From: Deltaproteobacteria bacterium
GTDB lineage: Bacteria > Myxococcota > Kuafuiibacteriia > Kuafuiibacteriales > Kuafuiibacteriaceae
Length of the DNA stretch: 64,000 nt
Assembly (NCBI GenBank): GCA_040218735.1
Contig: JAVJQW010000046.1
Coordinates: 288,001-352,000 of the forward strand
Reading direction: 5' to 3'
Shown here: one piece after another, positions 33,750 to 42,687 of the stretch
Layout of the letters: every line of letters starts with the position of its first letter
Numbering within the stretch: the first letter of the stretch is position 1
The notes under the pieces: generated by a model
The model's database searches: none
Told to the model about the DNA's origin: nothing
What the model saw: the letters and a program-made list of their open reading frames with translations, nothing else
Made by a program: the position numbers and the translations under genes

Positions 33750-34807
33750 TACGCACGTCTCCGCGTCGGGACGGAGAGCTCCCCCGCGAGTCGATCGAGG
33801 TCCAGGCGCGAGCGGCCGCGCTGGTCCACGAGGGAGCGGTCGTCGCCGTAGAGGACGGGGGCTTCGAACACGGCGCGCATCGCGGTGCGCCAGGGCAGCG
33901 CCGCGACGGCGTTGGGATCGATCTGTTGTACCTTCTCGCGAAGCAGCGGCGCCCACTTGCAGCTCATGCTCGGGAAGAGGTGGTGCTCTTGGTGGTAGCT
34001 GAACTGGTAGTGCATCGCGTCGACCCAGCGCGGCACTTCGACGCTCAACGTCGTGGCCACCGGATCGTCCGCGTCGACGCGCGGCCGAATCCAGTGTTGC
34101 GTCGAGATGTAGCTCATCAGGATCGTGTTGCCGACCATGAGCGGGAGCACCAACACCCAGAGCGCGTCGAGCGGTCCGAGCACGAACGCCAGCGTGGCCC
34201 ACGCTGCGATCCACAGCGCCGAGGTGAGCATGAGCCAGGGGCGGGACATCTTGACGTTGCCGGCGAGCGGCGCGCGACCGGTCGCGACCCACAGGAAGTA
34301 CTGACCTTCGAGGGTGAACAGGAACGCCGGCGCGACCCACGAAGCCAACGTCCCCGACCCGGGGAAGAGGTTCGTGCGGAACCGATGCGCGAACATCGAC
34401 TCGAAGTGGTCGTGCCCCGACAACATGTCCGGGTCGTACTTCAGCTGGTTCGTTCCGCGGTGGTGCGCGCGCACGTGCCACGCCGTCCACAACCCGGGTG
34501 TGACGAGGAACGGACCGAACCCCACCCAGACGAGCAGTTGCCGCATCAGGGCGCTGCGGAAGATCGCACCGTGCGAGGCCTCGTGCGCGCACAGACCGGT
34601 GGACACGATCGACAGCCCGATCACGATCGACAGCGCTGCGTCGATGGGCCACCAAAGATCCGTCGCAACGACGGCGACCGCGATCGACACGGCGAAGCCG
34701 AAGGTCGCGAACGCCGCGAGGCCTCGAACCGGCACGGGCTCGAACGCCTCGGGGGGCATGAGCTCGCGGAGCCGTTGTCGGAGGTCGCGCGAGCTGATCA
34801 GCGTCAC
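33749..34807 (-). CDS. Membrane fatty-acid desaturase family protein (desaturase 1)
   Basis: His boxes HEASH, HVRAHH, HQEHH plus STQH; GTGA overlap with the PKS stop. Confidence 0.9.
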   Translation of the reverse strand: MTLISSRDLRQRLRELMPPEAFEPVPVRGLAAFATFGFAVSIAVAVVATDLWWPIDAALSIVIGLSIVSTGLCAHEASHGAIFRSALMRQLLVWVGFGPFLVTPGLWTAWHVRAHHRGTNQLKYDPDMLSGHDHFESMFAHRFRTNLFPGSGTLASWVAPAFLFTLEGQYFLWVATGRAPLAGNVKMSRPWLMLTSALWIAAWATLAFVLGPLDALWVLVLPLMVGNTILMSYISTQHWIRPRVDADDPVATTLSVEVPRWVDAMHYQFSYHQEHHLFPSMSCKWAPLLREKVQQIDPNAVAALPWRTAMRAVFEAPVLYGDDRSLVDQRGRSRLDLDRLAGELSVPTRRRA

Positions 34808-37800
34808 GACATCCTCCGCGCGACCGAATCGTCGATGCGCAGGCGCACCACGCCTTCGCCGTCCCGTACCTCGACCCGCGGGCAGCGAAGCAAGGGCCCA
34901 TCGACGGTCGGCGTCGCGGCGTGGATCGACCACCCGGAGCTGTCGTCGGTACGTCCGATCGGCAGCGTGAGGCGGCCCGCGCCGAGCGGGGCGAAGAGCG
35001 CCGTCGTGCCGTCCGCGTACATCCCGGAGAGGCGCCACGCGGCGTCGAGCACGAGCGAGGGGACGACGCCCTGGTCGACGCCCAACACCTCCGGGCCCAG
35101 CGTCGCGCTCCGCCCCGTCGTTCCGATCTCGATGTTGCGCAGGCAGTCGAACGGTCCGGACAGCTCGAGCGCGCTCGCGTCCGCGCAGTACGGATCGAGC
35201 ACCGATCGCCCCGCGTCGACCCGCACCTCGGGTGCGTAGCGCGTGGGCGGGTGACGGGCGATGGCGGCCTCGGCGAAGAGCACGTTGCGTGCGAGCACCA
35301 CGCCCGAGGCGTGGAGGACGTCCCCGACCAGCCGCACGCGTAGGTCGTCGCCGTCCTGCTCGACCACCGCGGTCAGTCGGGGCCCGCGCCCGTCGACGAC
35401 GCGTACGAAGCGGTGGAACTCGAGCGCACGCACCGTGGCTTCGCCGCCGCCGACCACGACTCCGGCGGCGTTCACCATGCGTTCGACGGACCACGCGCCG
35501 GGCACGGTCGGCGTCCCGCGGACGAGGTGATGGGTGAGGCAGGGGAGGTCGTCGACGTCGACCGGGACACGAGCGATCACGGTGCGGACGCCGTAGCGAA
35601 CGCGCTCGGCGTCGGTGAGCGGGAGGTGAATCGCCGCGTTCGTTCGGCCGCGGATCACGTCGAGGAAGAGGCGTTTTCCGTTGGCTTCGTCGACGCCGGA
35701 GAGGCCGCGGAGCTCTTGCAGCGCGCGGTACTCGGTGCCGCGGGTCATGCCGACGCCGTCCCACGCGAGCCAGCCGATGCTCGTCCAGCCGAGGCCCTCG
35801 CGGGAGGCCAGCGCGCAGAGGTGGTCCAGCGTCTCGTTGGCCGCGCCGTAGTCGTGCTGCCCGTCGTTGCCGAACACGCTGTACGCGGACGTCAACGCGT
35901 GGACGGCGACGCGTTGGTCGCGCAGCAGACACGCGCGCACGACGTTGGACAGGCCTTGGACCTTCACGTCGAAGGTCGTTCGGAGCTCCTGCAGCGTTCG
36001 ATCTTCGAGGCGCTTCGACCACTGCACGCCCGCCCCGTGGATCACGGCGTCGATGCGGCCGTGTTCTTCGAGGACGTCGTCGATCGCGGCGTCGACCGCG
36101 TCAGGGTCGGTGACGTCGACCGCGCGATACACGATGCGGCCCACGCGACGGAGACGCTCGACGGTGCGGTGTGCCTCCCATCGCGCACGCTGCGACGCGA
36201 AGCGCGACCGCAGCTGTGCCGGCGACATCCCGGGGTCGGCCTCGATGCACGCGGCATAGAAGCGTGCTTCGGCGTCATCGAGATCGTCGGGGCCGGCTTC
36301 GAGCTCGCTGCGTCCGAGCGCGACGACCGTGCACCCGACGTCTTCGAGCAGCGCCTCCACCAGGACCGCCGTGATCCCGCGGGCGCCGCCGGTGGCGATC
36401 ACGACGGACTGCGCGTCGAGGCGTTGCGCGGGCTCGCGCTCCGCGGGGCCACAGCGTTCGAGGCGGCGGACGAGGCGACCGTCGCCGCAGGACACACGTT
36501 CGACTTCGTCGCAGTCCGTCCCCCATTCGCGGGCGAGGGCTCGCATGCTCGGCTCGAGATCTCGATCCGTCAGCAGCACCCCCACCTGGGCTTCGTCGCG
36601 CTCTCTCGCGATCGCCTTCAACAAACCGCTCAGGGCGCCGGAGGCGGGGAGCGCATCGCCGGCTTCGAAGCCCCCGACGACGAGCCCCCAGAGCGCCACC
36701 GAATCCAACGCGTCGACGAAGTGCCGAGCGACGACGAACATCAGCTCGTGCACGGACCGGTCGTCGAGGGTGGCGTCCAGCGCGGCGTCGATCCCGGTCA
36801 CGCCGGGCTGAATGGCGACCACTGCGTCCGGGGCGAACGCGGTCAGTCGTGCGAGCGCGGCATCGTCGTCGTCGAGGTCGAAGGTGACGACCCGATCGCC
36901 GCGTGTGTCGCCGCGACCCGCGATGGCGATGAGGAAGTCGTCGCAGCAGACGTCGAGGTGCGTGCGCAGCGTGTCCGTCATCGTCGCGGGGCAGATGGCC
37001 ACGAGACGACGCACCCGACGCGGCTCACCGGCGGGACGCGCACCCACCCAGACCGGACGATGCAGCGGGAACACATCGGGCGGCGCTTGACCGACGGCGG
37101 CGTACAGCGCGCGAGGATCCGAACGATCCGCCGGGAGCTCTGAGAGCACCTCGAGGCCGAGCTCGGCCGCACGCGCGGGCGTCGTCACCGCAAAACACAC
37201 CGCGTGCTCCGGGCCAGGGCGGTGTCGATTCGCGTGGATCGAGGTGACGAGCGCGAGGCGCACGCCGTGTTCGGCGTCGCGATCTACGAGCCGCTCCGCC
37301 GCGGCGAACGCGTCCGCGAGGGAGCGCTCGCCCGCGTCCACCACGAAGTTCGGTCCCTTGAGGTTCAGGCGCGACGCCGCCCGTCCGGCGGAGACGTTGG
37401 GCATCATGCACTGGAGCGTGTAGGGGCCCGACGTTCGAGTCCGCGCCGCGGCGTCGGCGAGGCGCTCGGCGTCGGCTGGGTCGAGGTCGCGGCCGATGCG
37501 CGGTGCGAGGACACGCAGGGTCGCGTCGAGACCTCGCTCGGTCTTGCCGGACATCGCCAAGACGACGCTCGTGTCGCGGCGCACGTCGTCGGGGAGCGGC
37601 GCGAGGTCCTCCAACGTTCGGTGGACGATCGCGATCGCGAGGGTCTGCGTCGGGTCCATGTCCTCCGCGAGATCCGGCAAGAGCAGGACCCCCTTGGGGA
37701 GCTCGAGCGTGTCGCGGTCGAAGCGCCCCTCGGGAGGGAACACGCCGTGCGCCGCGACGACGACGAGGGGGGCGCTCTGCGGGTGGCGGGCCTCGACAGG

Positions 37801-40587
37801 GGGGCGTTCGCTCGACGGGAGGTACCGTTCGACGACCAGGTGCGCGTTCGCGCCGCCGAACCCGAAGCCGTCGACGGCGATCCGGCAAGGCCCCTCCGGC
37901 AGCGCGCGAGGTTCACTGGATACACTGAGTGTATCGGAGACGGATCGCAGCGCGGAGCAGGGTTCGTCGTAGTTCGATTGCCCCGGGAGCTCGCCGTTCG
38001 CCAGGGCTTCGCAGGCCGCGATCACCGACGCGGTCCCGGCGGCCCACCCCGCGTGGCCGAGCAGCCCCTTCAGGCTGTGGACGGGGATCGGTGAAGCCGT
38101 GCCTCGGTAGAAGCCGCTGAGGGTCGCGAGCTCGGTGGCGTCGCCGACGGGGGTCGACGTCCCGTGCGCTTCCACGCCGACGATCGTGTCGGGGTCGACG
38201 TCGTAACCCGCGTAGCAGCGCTCGAGCGCGAGCGCTTGGCCGGCCGACTGCGGAACGTTCGCAGAGGGGCTGAGGCCGTCGCTCGACAACCCGGCGCCGC
38301 AGACGACCGCGGCGATTCGATCGCCGTCGCGCTCGGCGTCGGCGAGCCGTCGCAGCAGGACGAAGCTGGCGCCTTCGGAGAAGGCCACGCCGTCGGCGTT
38401 TGCGTCGAACGGACGCAGCGCGTGAGCCGTGAGCCCGCCGAACTGGGAGAACAGACAGTTGTTGCCGGGCCCCGGACAGAAGACCCCGCCCGCGATCACG
38501 GCGTCCGCTTCGCCGCGCTCCAGCGCGCGCATCCCGAGGGCGACGGTGTACAGCGAGGAGGCACAAGCAGCGTCGAGCAACGTGGTCTCGGCGCGCCCGT
38601 CCAGGAGGAGATCGACCACCGAACGTGTGGCGTCGTAGGGCGTTGGCGCGGGCTCGGTCGCGAGGCCGGCGGTGCTCAGCGACGTCGCACGGTCTTGATC
38701 CTCGAACCCGTCCGCGGTCGCGCCGACGAAGCAGAGGATGCGGTCGTCGGCGCGCGCCGCGGTCGTGCAGGGCGTGAGCGCGATGACGAGGAGCTTCTGC
38801 GTTCGCGTGAGGGCATCGAAGGCCGCGGCGTCGAACCCGGGCGGGCAGCGCATCGAATCGACGACGCCGGCCATCGCGGACGTGGAGCGGTCCGGCGTGT
38901 TCGTGGCGGCGTAGAAGTCGCGCTCCCAGCTCGCGTCGATCCCTCGCAGGTCGACGACGCCGGAGCGGCGCTCCTTCAGCGCAGACCAGAGCGCGGCGGG
39001 GCTGTCGGCGCCCGCGGGCAGGCTGCACCCGGCGGCGACGATCACGACCCTGGGCGCGCGAGGCTCGACGTTGCTGGGGGACTCGGGCGTCGCCGTGACT
39101 TCGACGGCTGGGCCCTCGTCGGCGGAGGCGCTCGACACCCGCACGTGATCGGGGGCCGCCGTGGCGATCAGGCGAGCCAGCTTCCCGGTGGTGCTGCAGT
39201 CGACGAAGTGCTCGGCCCCCGCGTCGACGAGATCGCCGATCGCGCCAAAGAGATCGAACGGCCGCAGCAGCTGACTGACCAAGATGGCGCGGACGTCATC
39301 GGTCGGGAGCACGCGCCGCCGACCGATCGGGGAGTAGAGGAGCCGCTCGGGGCCGCGCACGTCGAGCGCGCGGAGCGCTTCGTGCCACGCCACGGCGGCG
39401 GCGCCGAGCGCCGGGTGATGAAAGCTCGTCGGCGACGGGACGACGGTGCTCTGGATGTCACTCGCGCGCAGGATGGCTTGCAGGGATTCGAGCTCGGCGG
39501 TCGGTCCGGAGACGATGGTCTGGGTCCGGTGGTTCCGTCCGGCGATCACCACCGCCTCGCTGCCCAGCTTGGTGATCGCCAGCTCGGTCTCCACCCGGTT
39601 CGCCGCCACCGCCAGCAGTCCGCCTTCGGGCGCATGCCGGGCGAGCGCGGCGACCCGGGCGCAGACGATCTCGACGCCCGTGGCCCAGTCGAAGCAGCCT
39701 GCCACGCACATCGCAGCGATCTCTCCGAAGCTGTGTCCGGCGAGCGCGGCGGGGCGTCCGCTTCGGAGGTGTGCGCCGAGGACACCCTGCAGAAAGATGC
39801 CGACCTGCACGAGATCCCGGCGCTGCCCGACGGCGCGGACGCATCGCTCGAGGTCGCCGCTCAACAGACCGGCGCCGTCTCCGTCCAAGCGCGCCGTGGT
39901 GATCGTCGCGCAGCGGTCGAGCACGGACCGGACGTCCTGCGCGCGGCGGATGCGCTCGCTGAAGGCGACGGGGTCGAACGAGCCTTGGCCGGCGAAGAGC
40001 CAAGCTTCGATCTCGGCGCGCGCGGGTGCGCTTCGGATCAGTCCGGGCGTGGGGTGTCGCGGTCGCAGGTAGTCGATGGCGGCCTGTCGCGCCGCGGCGG
40101 GGAAGAGTCGGTCCTCGACGTCATCACCCGCGAGGACGAGCGCGCGAAAGTCCGTGTCGGTCGGCTCGTCGAGCTCGGTGAGGCGCGCCATGCAGTCGGC
40201 GAGCGGTCCGGGCATCGGCGTCGGGCGCCCGGTCTGCGCCGACACCGAAGTGATCGTTTGGAAGCCGGCGCACACCGGGACGCCTTCGCTGTTCATCACG
40301 CGAAAGCAGAAGCGGAGCTGGACGTCGCCGCGGTCTTCGAGGCTCACGAGGATGACGAGGCGGTCCGCGAGGTGGGCGGGCGCGAGGTTTCGGGCGTAGG
40401 CGTCGGAGGTGAGGAGGCGAATCGATTCGAGCGCTTCGGGCACGCCGTCGATGTCGAAGACGTGCTCGCCGAACAGCAGCGCCTCGCGCGCGGCACACTG
40501 GAGCTTGAAGGCCGTCAGGAAGTGGTGGCTCCCGTACGCCATCGTGTCGTCGAAGTGGATCGTGTAGGGCGTGGCGAACCAGGACAC
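34804..40587 (-). CDS. ACP-less type I PKS/FAS-like protein: hotdog TE - AT - KS - degenerate KS (CLF-like) - KR - DH
   Basis: HFDDT..G..F...Q..RE hotdog; FAGQGS and GHSFG (AT); DAACASS, EAHGTST, KGLLGH (KS); PNVSAGRAA..LNLKGPNFVVDAGERS (KS without Cys); TGGARGI, HGAGV, DYGAAN (KR); HLVRGTPTVPG and LDAAW (DH); GTG start 7 nt after the upstream stop. Confidence 0.9.
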   Translation of the reverse strand: MSWFATPYTIHFDDTMAYGSHHFLTAFKLQCAAREALLFGEHVFDIDGVPEALESIRLLTSDAYARNLAPAHLADRLVILVSLEDRGDVQLRFCFRVMNSEGVPVCAGFQTITSVSAQTGRPTPMPGPLADCMARLTELDEPTDTDFRALVLAGDDVEDRLFPAAARQAAIDYLRPRHPTPGLIRSAPARAEIEAWLFAGQGSFDPVAFSERIRRAQDVRSVLDRCATITTARLDGDGAGLLSGDLERCVRAVGQRRDLVQVGIFLQGVLGAHLRSGRPAALAGHSFGEIAAMCVAGCFDWATGVEIVCARVAALARHAPEGGLLAVAANRVETELAITKLGSEAVVIAGRNHRTQTIVSGPTAELESLQAILRASDIQSTVVPSPTSFHHPALGAAAVAWHEALRALDVRGPERLLYSPIGRRRVLPTDDVRAILVSQLLRPFDLFGAIGDLVDAGAEHFVDCSTTGKLARLIATAAPDHVRVSSASADEGPAVEVTATPESPSNVEPRAPRVVIVAAGCSLPAGADSPAALWSALKERRSGVVDLRGIDASWERDFYAATNTPDRSTSAMAGVVDSMRCPPGFDAAAFDALTRTQKLLVIALTPCTTAARADDRILCFVGATADGFEDQDRATSLSTAGLATEPAPTPYDATRSVVDLLLDGRAETTLLDAACASSLYTVALGMRALERGEADAVIAGGVFCPGPGNNCLFSQFGGLTAHALRPFDANADGVAFSEGASFVLLRRLADAERDGDRIAAVVCGAGLSSDGLSPSANVPQSAGQALALERCYAGYDVDPDTIVGVEAHGTSTPVGDATELATLSGFYRGTASPIPVHSLKGLLGHAGWAAGTASVIAACEALANGELPGQSNYDEPCSALRSVSDTLSVSSEPRALPEGPCRIAVDGFGFGGANAHLVVERYLPSSERPPVEARHPQSAPLVVVAAHGVFPPEGRFDRDTLELPKGVLLLPDLAEDMDPTQTLAIAIVHRTLEDLAPLPDDVRRDTSVVLAMSGKTERGLDATLRVLAPRIGRDLDPADAERLADAAARTRTSGPYTLQCMMPNVSAGRAASRLNLKGPNFVVDAGERSLADAFAAAERLVDRDAEHGVRLALVTSIHANRHRPGPEHAVCFAVTTPARAAELGLEVLSELPADRSDPRALYAAVGQAPPDVFPLHRPVWVGARPAGEPRRVRRLVAICPATMTDTLRTHLDVCCDDFLIAIAGRGDTRGDRVVTFDLDDDDAALARLTAFAPDAVVAIQPGVTGIDAALDATLDDRSVHELMFVVARHFVDALDSVALWGLVVGGFEAGDALPASGALSGLLKAIARERDEAQVGVLLTDRDLEPSMRALAREWGTDCDEVERVSCGDGRLVRRLERCGPAEREPAQRLDAQSVVIATGGARGITAVLVEALLEDVGCTVVALGRSELEAGPDDLDDAEARFYAACIEADPGMSPAQLRSRFASQRARWEAHRTVERLRRVGRIVYRAVDVTDPDAVDAAIDDVLEEHGRIDAVIHGAGVQWSKRLEDRTLQELRTTFDVKVQGLSNVVRACLLRDQRVAVHALTSAYSVFGNDGQHDYGAANETLDHLCALASREGLGWTSIGWLAWDGVGMTRGTEYRALQELRGLSGVDEANGKRLFLDVIRGRTNAAIHLPLTDAERVRYGVRTVIARVPVDVDDLPCLTHHLVRGTPTVPGAWSVERMVNAAGVVVGGGEATVRALEFHRFVRVVDGRGPRLTAVVEQDGDDLRVRLVGDVLHASGVVLARNVLFAEAAIARHPPTRYAPEVRVDAGRSVLDPYCADASALELSGPFDCLRNIEIGTTGRSATLGPEVLGVDQGVVPSLVLDAAWRLSGMYADGTTALFAPLGAGRLTLPIGRTDDSSGWSIHAATPTVDGPLLRCPRVEVRDGEGVVRLRIDDSVARRMS

Positions 40588-40594
40588 GGCGAAC

Positions 40595-41824
40595 CTACTT
40601 TCCGAGGACCGCGAGGCTGTTCGCGGGGAGCCCGTGCGGTTGCAGTCGGCTGTCGGCGTGCGCGGAGAAGCCACGGTCGACGTTCCACACGGCGCCGTTG
40701 ATCGCGCGGGCGCCATCGCTCACGAGGAACGCGATCGTCCGTGCGACGTCGTGCGGGCTGCAGAGCGAACCTCCCGGCGTCATCGACTCCCAGTGGCGCT
40801 GGGACGCGTCGGCCTCCGGGAGTTTGTCGAGGAGCTCTCCGTAGATCGGACCGGCGGCGACACAGTTGGTGCGCACGCCGTACGGCGCGAGCTCACAGGC
40901 GAGGTAGCGGGTGAGGGACTCGACGGCGGCCTTGACCACGCCTTGGCAGCCGAGGCCGCTCACGTACTGGTGCGCGCCGATCGCGGAGAGCGTCGCGATC
41001 GCGCCGCCGCCGCGCGCTTGCATCAGCGGCGCCGCGCGCATCGCGCAGTGGTGATGCCCGCTGACGTTCGTTCGAAACGCCCGGTCCCAGTCTCCACGGT
41101 CGACATCCGCGAACGATCCGACGCGGCCGTCCGAGGCGTTGCACACCAGGATGTCGAGGTAGCCGAAGCGGCGGGAGATCTCGTCGAACATCGCGTCGAC
41201 GTGCTCTTGCTTCGCGACGGAGCCCCACAGGTGCGTCGCGTCCGCACCGTTCGCTTCGAGCTCGCGCACCGCTGCTTCGCCGGCTTCGCGGGAGTGGAAG
41301 GAGTTGAGGAGCACGGTCGCGCCCTGCGACGCGAGCACTTCGGCGATCACGCGGCCAATGCCTCGACCGGAGCCGGTGATCAGCGCGACCCTGCCGTCGA
41401 GCGGTCCGGTCGACGGTGAGGGCTTCGAAGGTCGGGGCTTCGGCGGCGTGGCCGGCTTGGGCGAAGCGGGGACGAGCGCGATCGCCGGAGGCGGCGCGTG
41501 CTCGGTCGGCGGAGGCGGCGCGTTCTCGAAGGTGGGCGCGGACGAACCGAGCAACGACGCGACCCACGCCGTCGCTTCTTCGAGCGTGCGAACGGCGCGG
41601 TCCCGTTCGGCGGGGAGCTCGACGCCGAACTCCTTGCCGAGCGCGGCGATGATCTCGACCTGCTTGACCGAGTCGATCCCGAGGTCGTTGGCGAGGTCCG
41701 CCGTGGGGACGAGGATCTCCTTCGGGAACCGCGTCGTGCGGGCCACACAGGCGACGACCCGCTCTGCGATCTGTTCGTGGCTGTACGTCTTCGCCGTCCC
41801 GTTCGGGTTCGACTGCCCCTTCAT
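40595..41824 (-). CDS. Acyl carrier protein - SDR (FabL-like enoyl reductase) fusion
   Basis: ADLANDLGIDSVKQVEI (Ppant Ser), Pro-rich linker, TGSGRGIG, CNASDG, KAAVESLTRYLACELAP.GVR.N.V.AG. Confidence 0.88.
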   Translation of the reverse strand: MKGQSNPNGTAKTYSHEQIAERVVACVARTTRFPKEILVPTADLANDLGIDSVKQVEIIAALGKEFGVELPAERDRAVRTLEEATAWVASLLGSSAPTFENAPPPPTEHAPPPAIALVPASPKPATPPKPRPSKPSPSTGPLDGRVALITGSGRGIGRVIAEVLASQGATVLLNSFHSREAGEAAVRELEANGADATHLWGSVAKQEHVDAMFDEISRRFGYLDILVCNASDGRVGSFADVDRGDWDRAFRTNVSGHHHCAMRAAPLMQARGGGAIATLSAIGAHQYVSGLGCQGVVKAAVESLTRYLACELAPYGVRTNCVAAGPIYGELLDKLPEADASQRHWESMTPGGSLCSPHDVARTIAFLVSDGARAINGAVWNVDRGFSAHADSRLQPHGLPANSLAVLGK

Positions 41825-41868
41825 GCCGGGTTGGAGACTTCGGCGATGCGGGGTGTAACGAAGAATCG

Positions 41869-42366
41869 TCAGAGACCGACTTCGACGATCGCCTTCTGGT
41901 CGCGGATCGTCACCGACTTCACGAGCATCTTCTCGTGCGGCTTCTTCAGGCGGTGCACGGGCGTGACCTCGAGCTGCGCACGCACGAGGCCGGTCGCGGC
42001 GGCGCGCACTTCGTCGTGGTACTTCGCGGGGAGATCGGGGACATCGAGCTTGGTGACCTCGGCGTTGCGTAGGAACAGCGCCGAGCTGTCTTCGTCGTAC
42101 TCGAGGTCACCGAGGACGCCGAGTCGCCCGGTGTACTTCACGAAGCCGACGCGAATCCCTGCGTCGAGCTCCAGCGCCACGCGGTCGGACCCTTCGGTGA
42201 GGTGGATCGCGGGGGCTTCGAGCACGAGCTTCGCGACGACGACGTCCTTTTCGACGGGGAACTTCTTGTCGACCTTGGCCTGAAGATCAGCCTGCGTCAG
42301 CACGACCGTCGTGCGGAGTGGAGCGCTGCATCCGACGAAGAGGAGCGCGAGGAACACGCGGTACAT
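41869..42366 (-). CDS. DUF1439 (YceB-like) lipoprotein
   Basis: Lipobox FVG-C; LTQADLQAKVDKKFPVEK...G.LEYD...LFL...PVHRL. Confidence 0.75.
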   Translation of the reverse strand: MYRVFLALLFVGCSAPLRTTVVLTQADLQAKVDKKFPVEKDVVVAKLVLEAPAIHLTEGSDRVALELDAGIRVGFVKYTGRLGVLGDLEYDEDSSALFLRNAEVTKLDVPDLPAKYHDEVRAAATGLVRAQLEVTPVHRLKKPHEKMLVKSVTIRDQKAIVEVGL

Positions 42367-42418
42367 GCGTCGCGTCCGTAACACGGGCGCGCGCTCGACG
42401 AGAAAGTGGTGATCGCGA

Positions 42419-42595
42419 TCAGCGCGTCTCGATTTGGGAGCTGGCCATCGAGGGCTCGCGCTTCTTGACCTCGACCTCGCGCTCGGCGACCTCCGGCGGA
42501 GGCAGCGCATCGGCCGGCCTGCTGGGCTCTAGAACACGCCGCGCCTCGGTGTCTCGGCTCGTCTCAGTGATGTCGTTCGTCGTCTCGGCACCCAT
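42419..42595 (-). CDS. Possible small hydrophilic protein (58 aa)
   Basis: ATG 42595 with GGGA upstream; fills the gap on the same strand as its neighbours; no family recognised. Confidence 0.3.
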   Translation of the reverse strand: MGAETTNDITETSRDTEARRVLEPSRPADALPPPEVAEREVEVKKREPSMASSQIETR

Positions 42596-42687
42596 GTCGT
42601 TCGTATCCCAGAACCATGTACACACGGGTGATTTGAAGCTGCAAGGTGTCTTGCGGCCAACCTTGAAACTTACGGACGCCGTTCCTG

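Noticed and set aside
32940-41824. Calling the PKS operon an enediyne, PUFA (pfa) or polyyne cluster
   Set aside because: No E3/E4/E5 cassette, no tandem ACPs, FabA-type DH pair or FMN ER, and no FAAL or rubredoxin; domain order fits none of these
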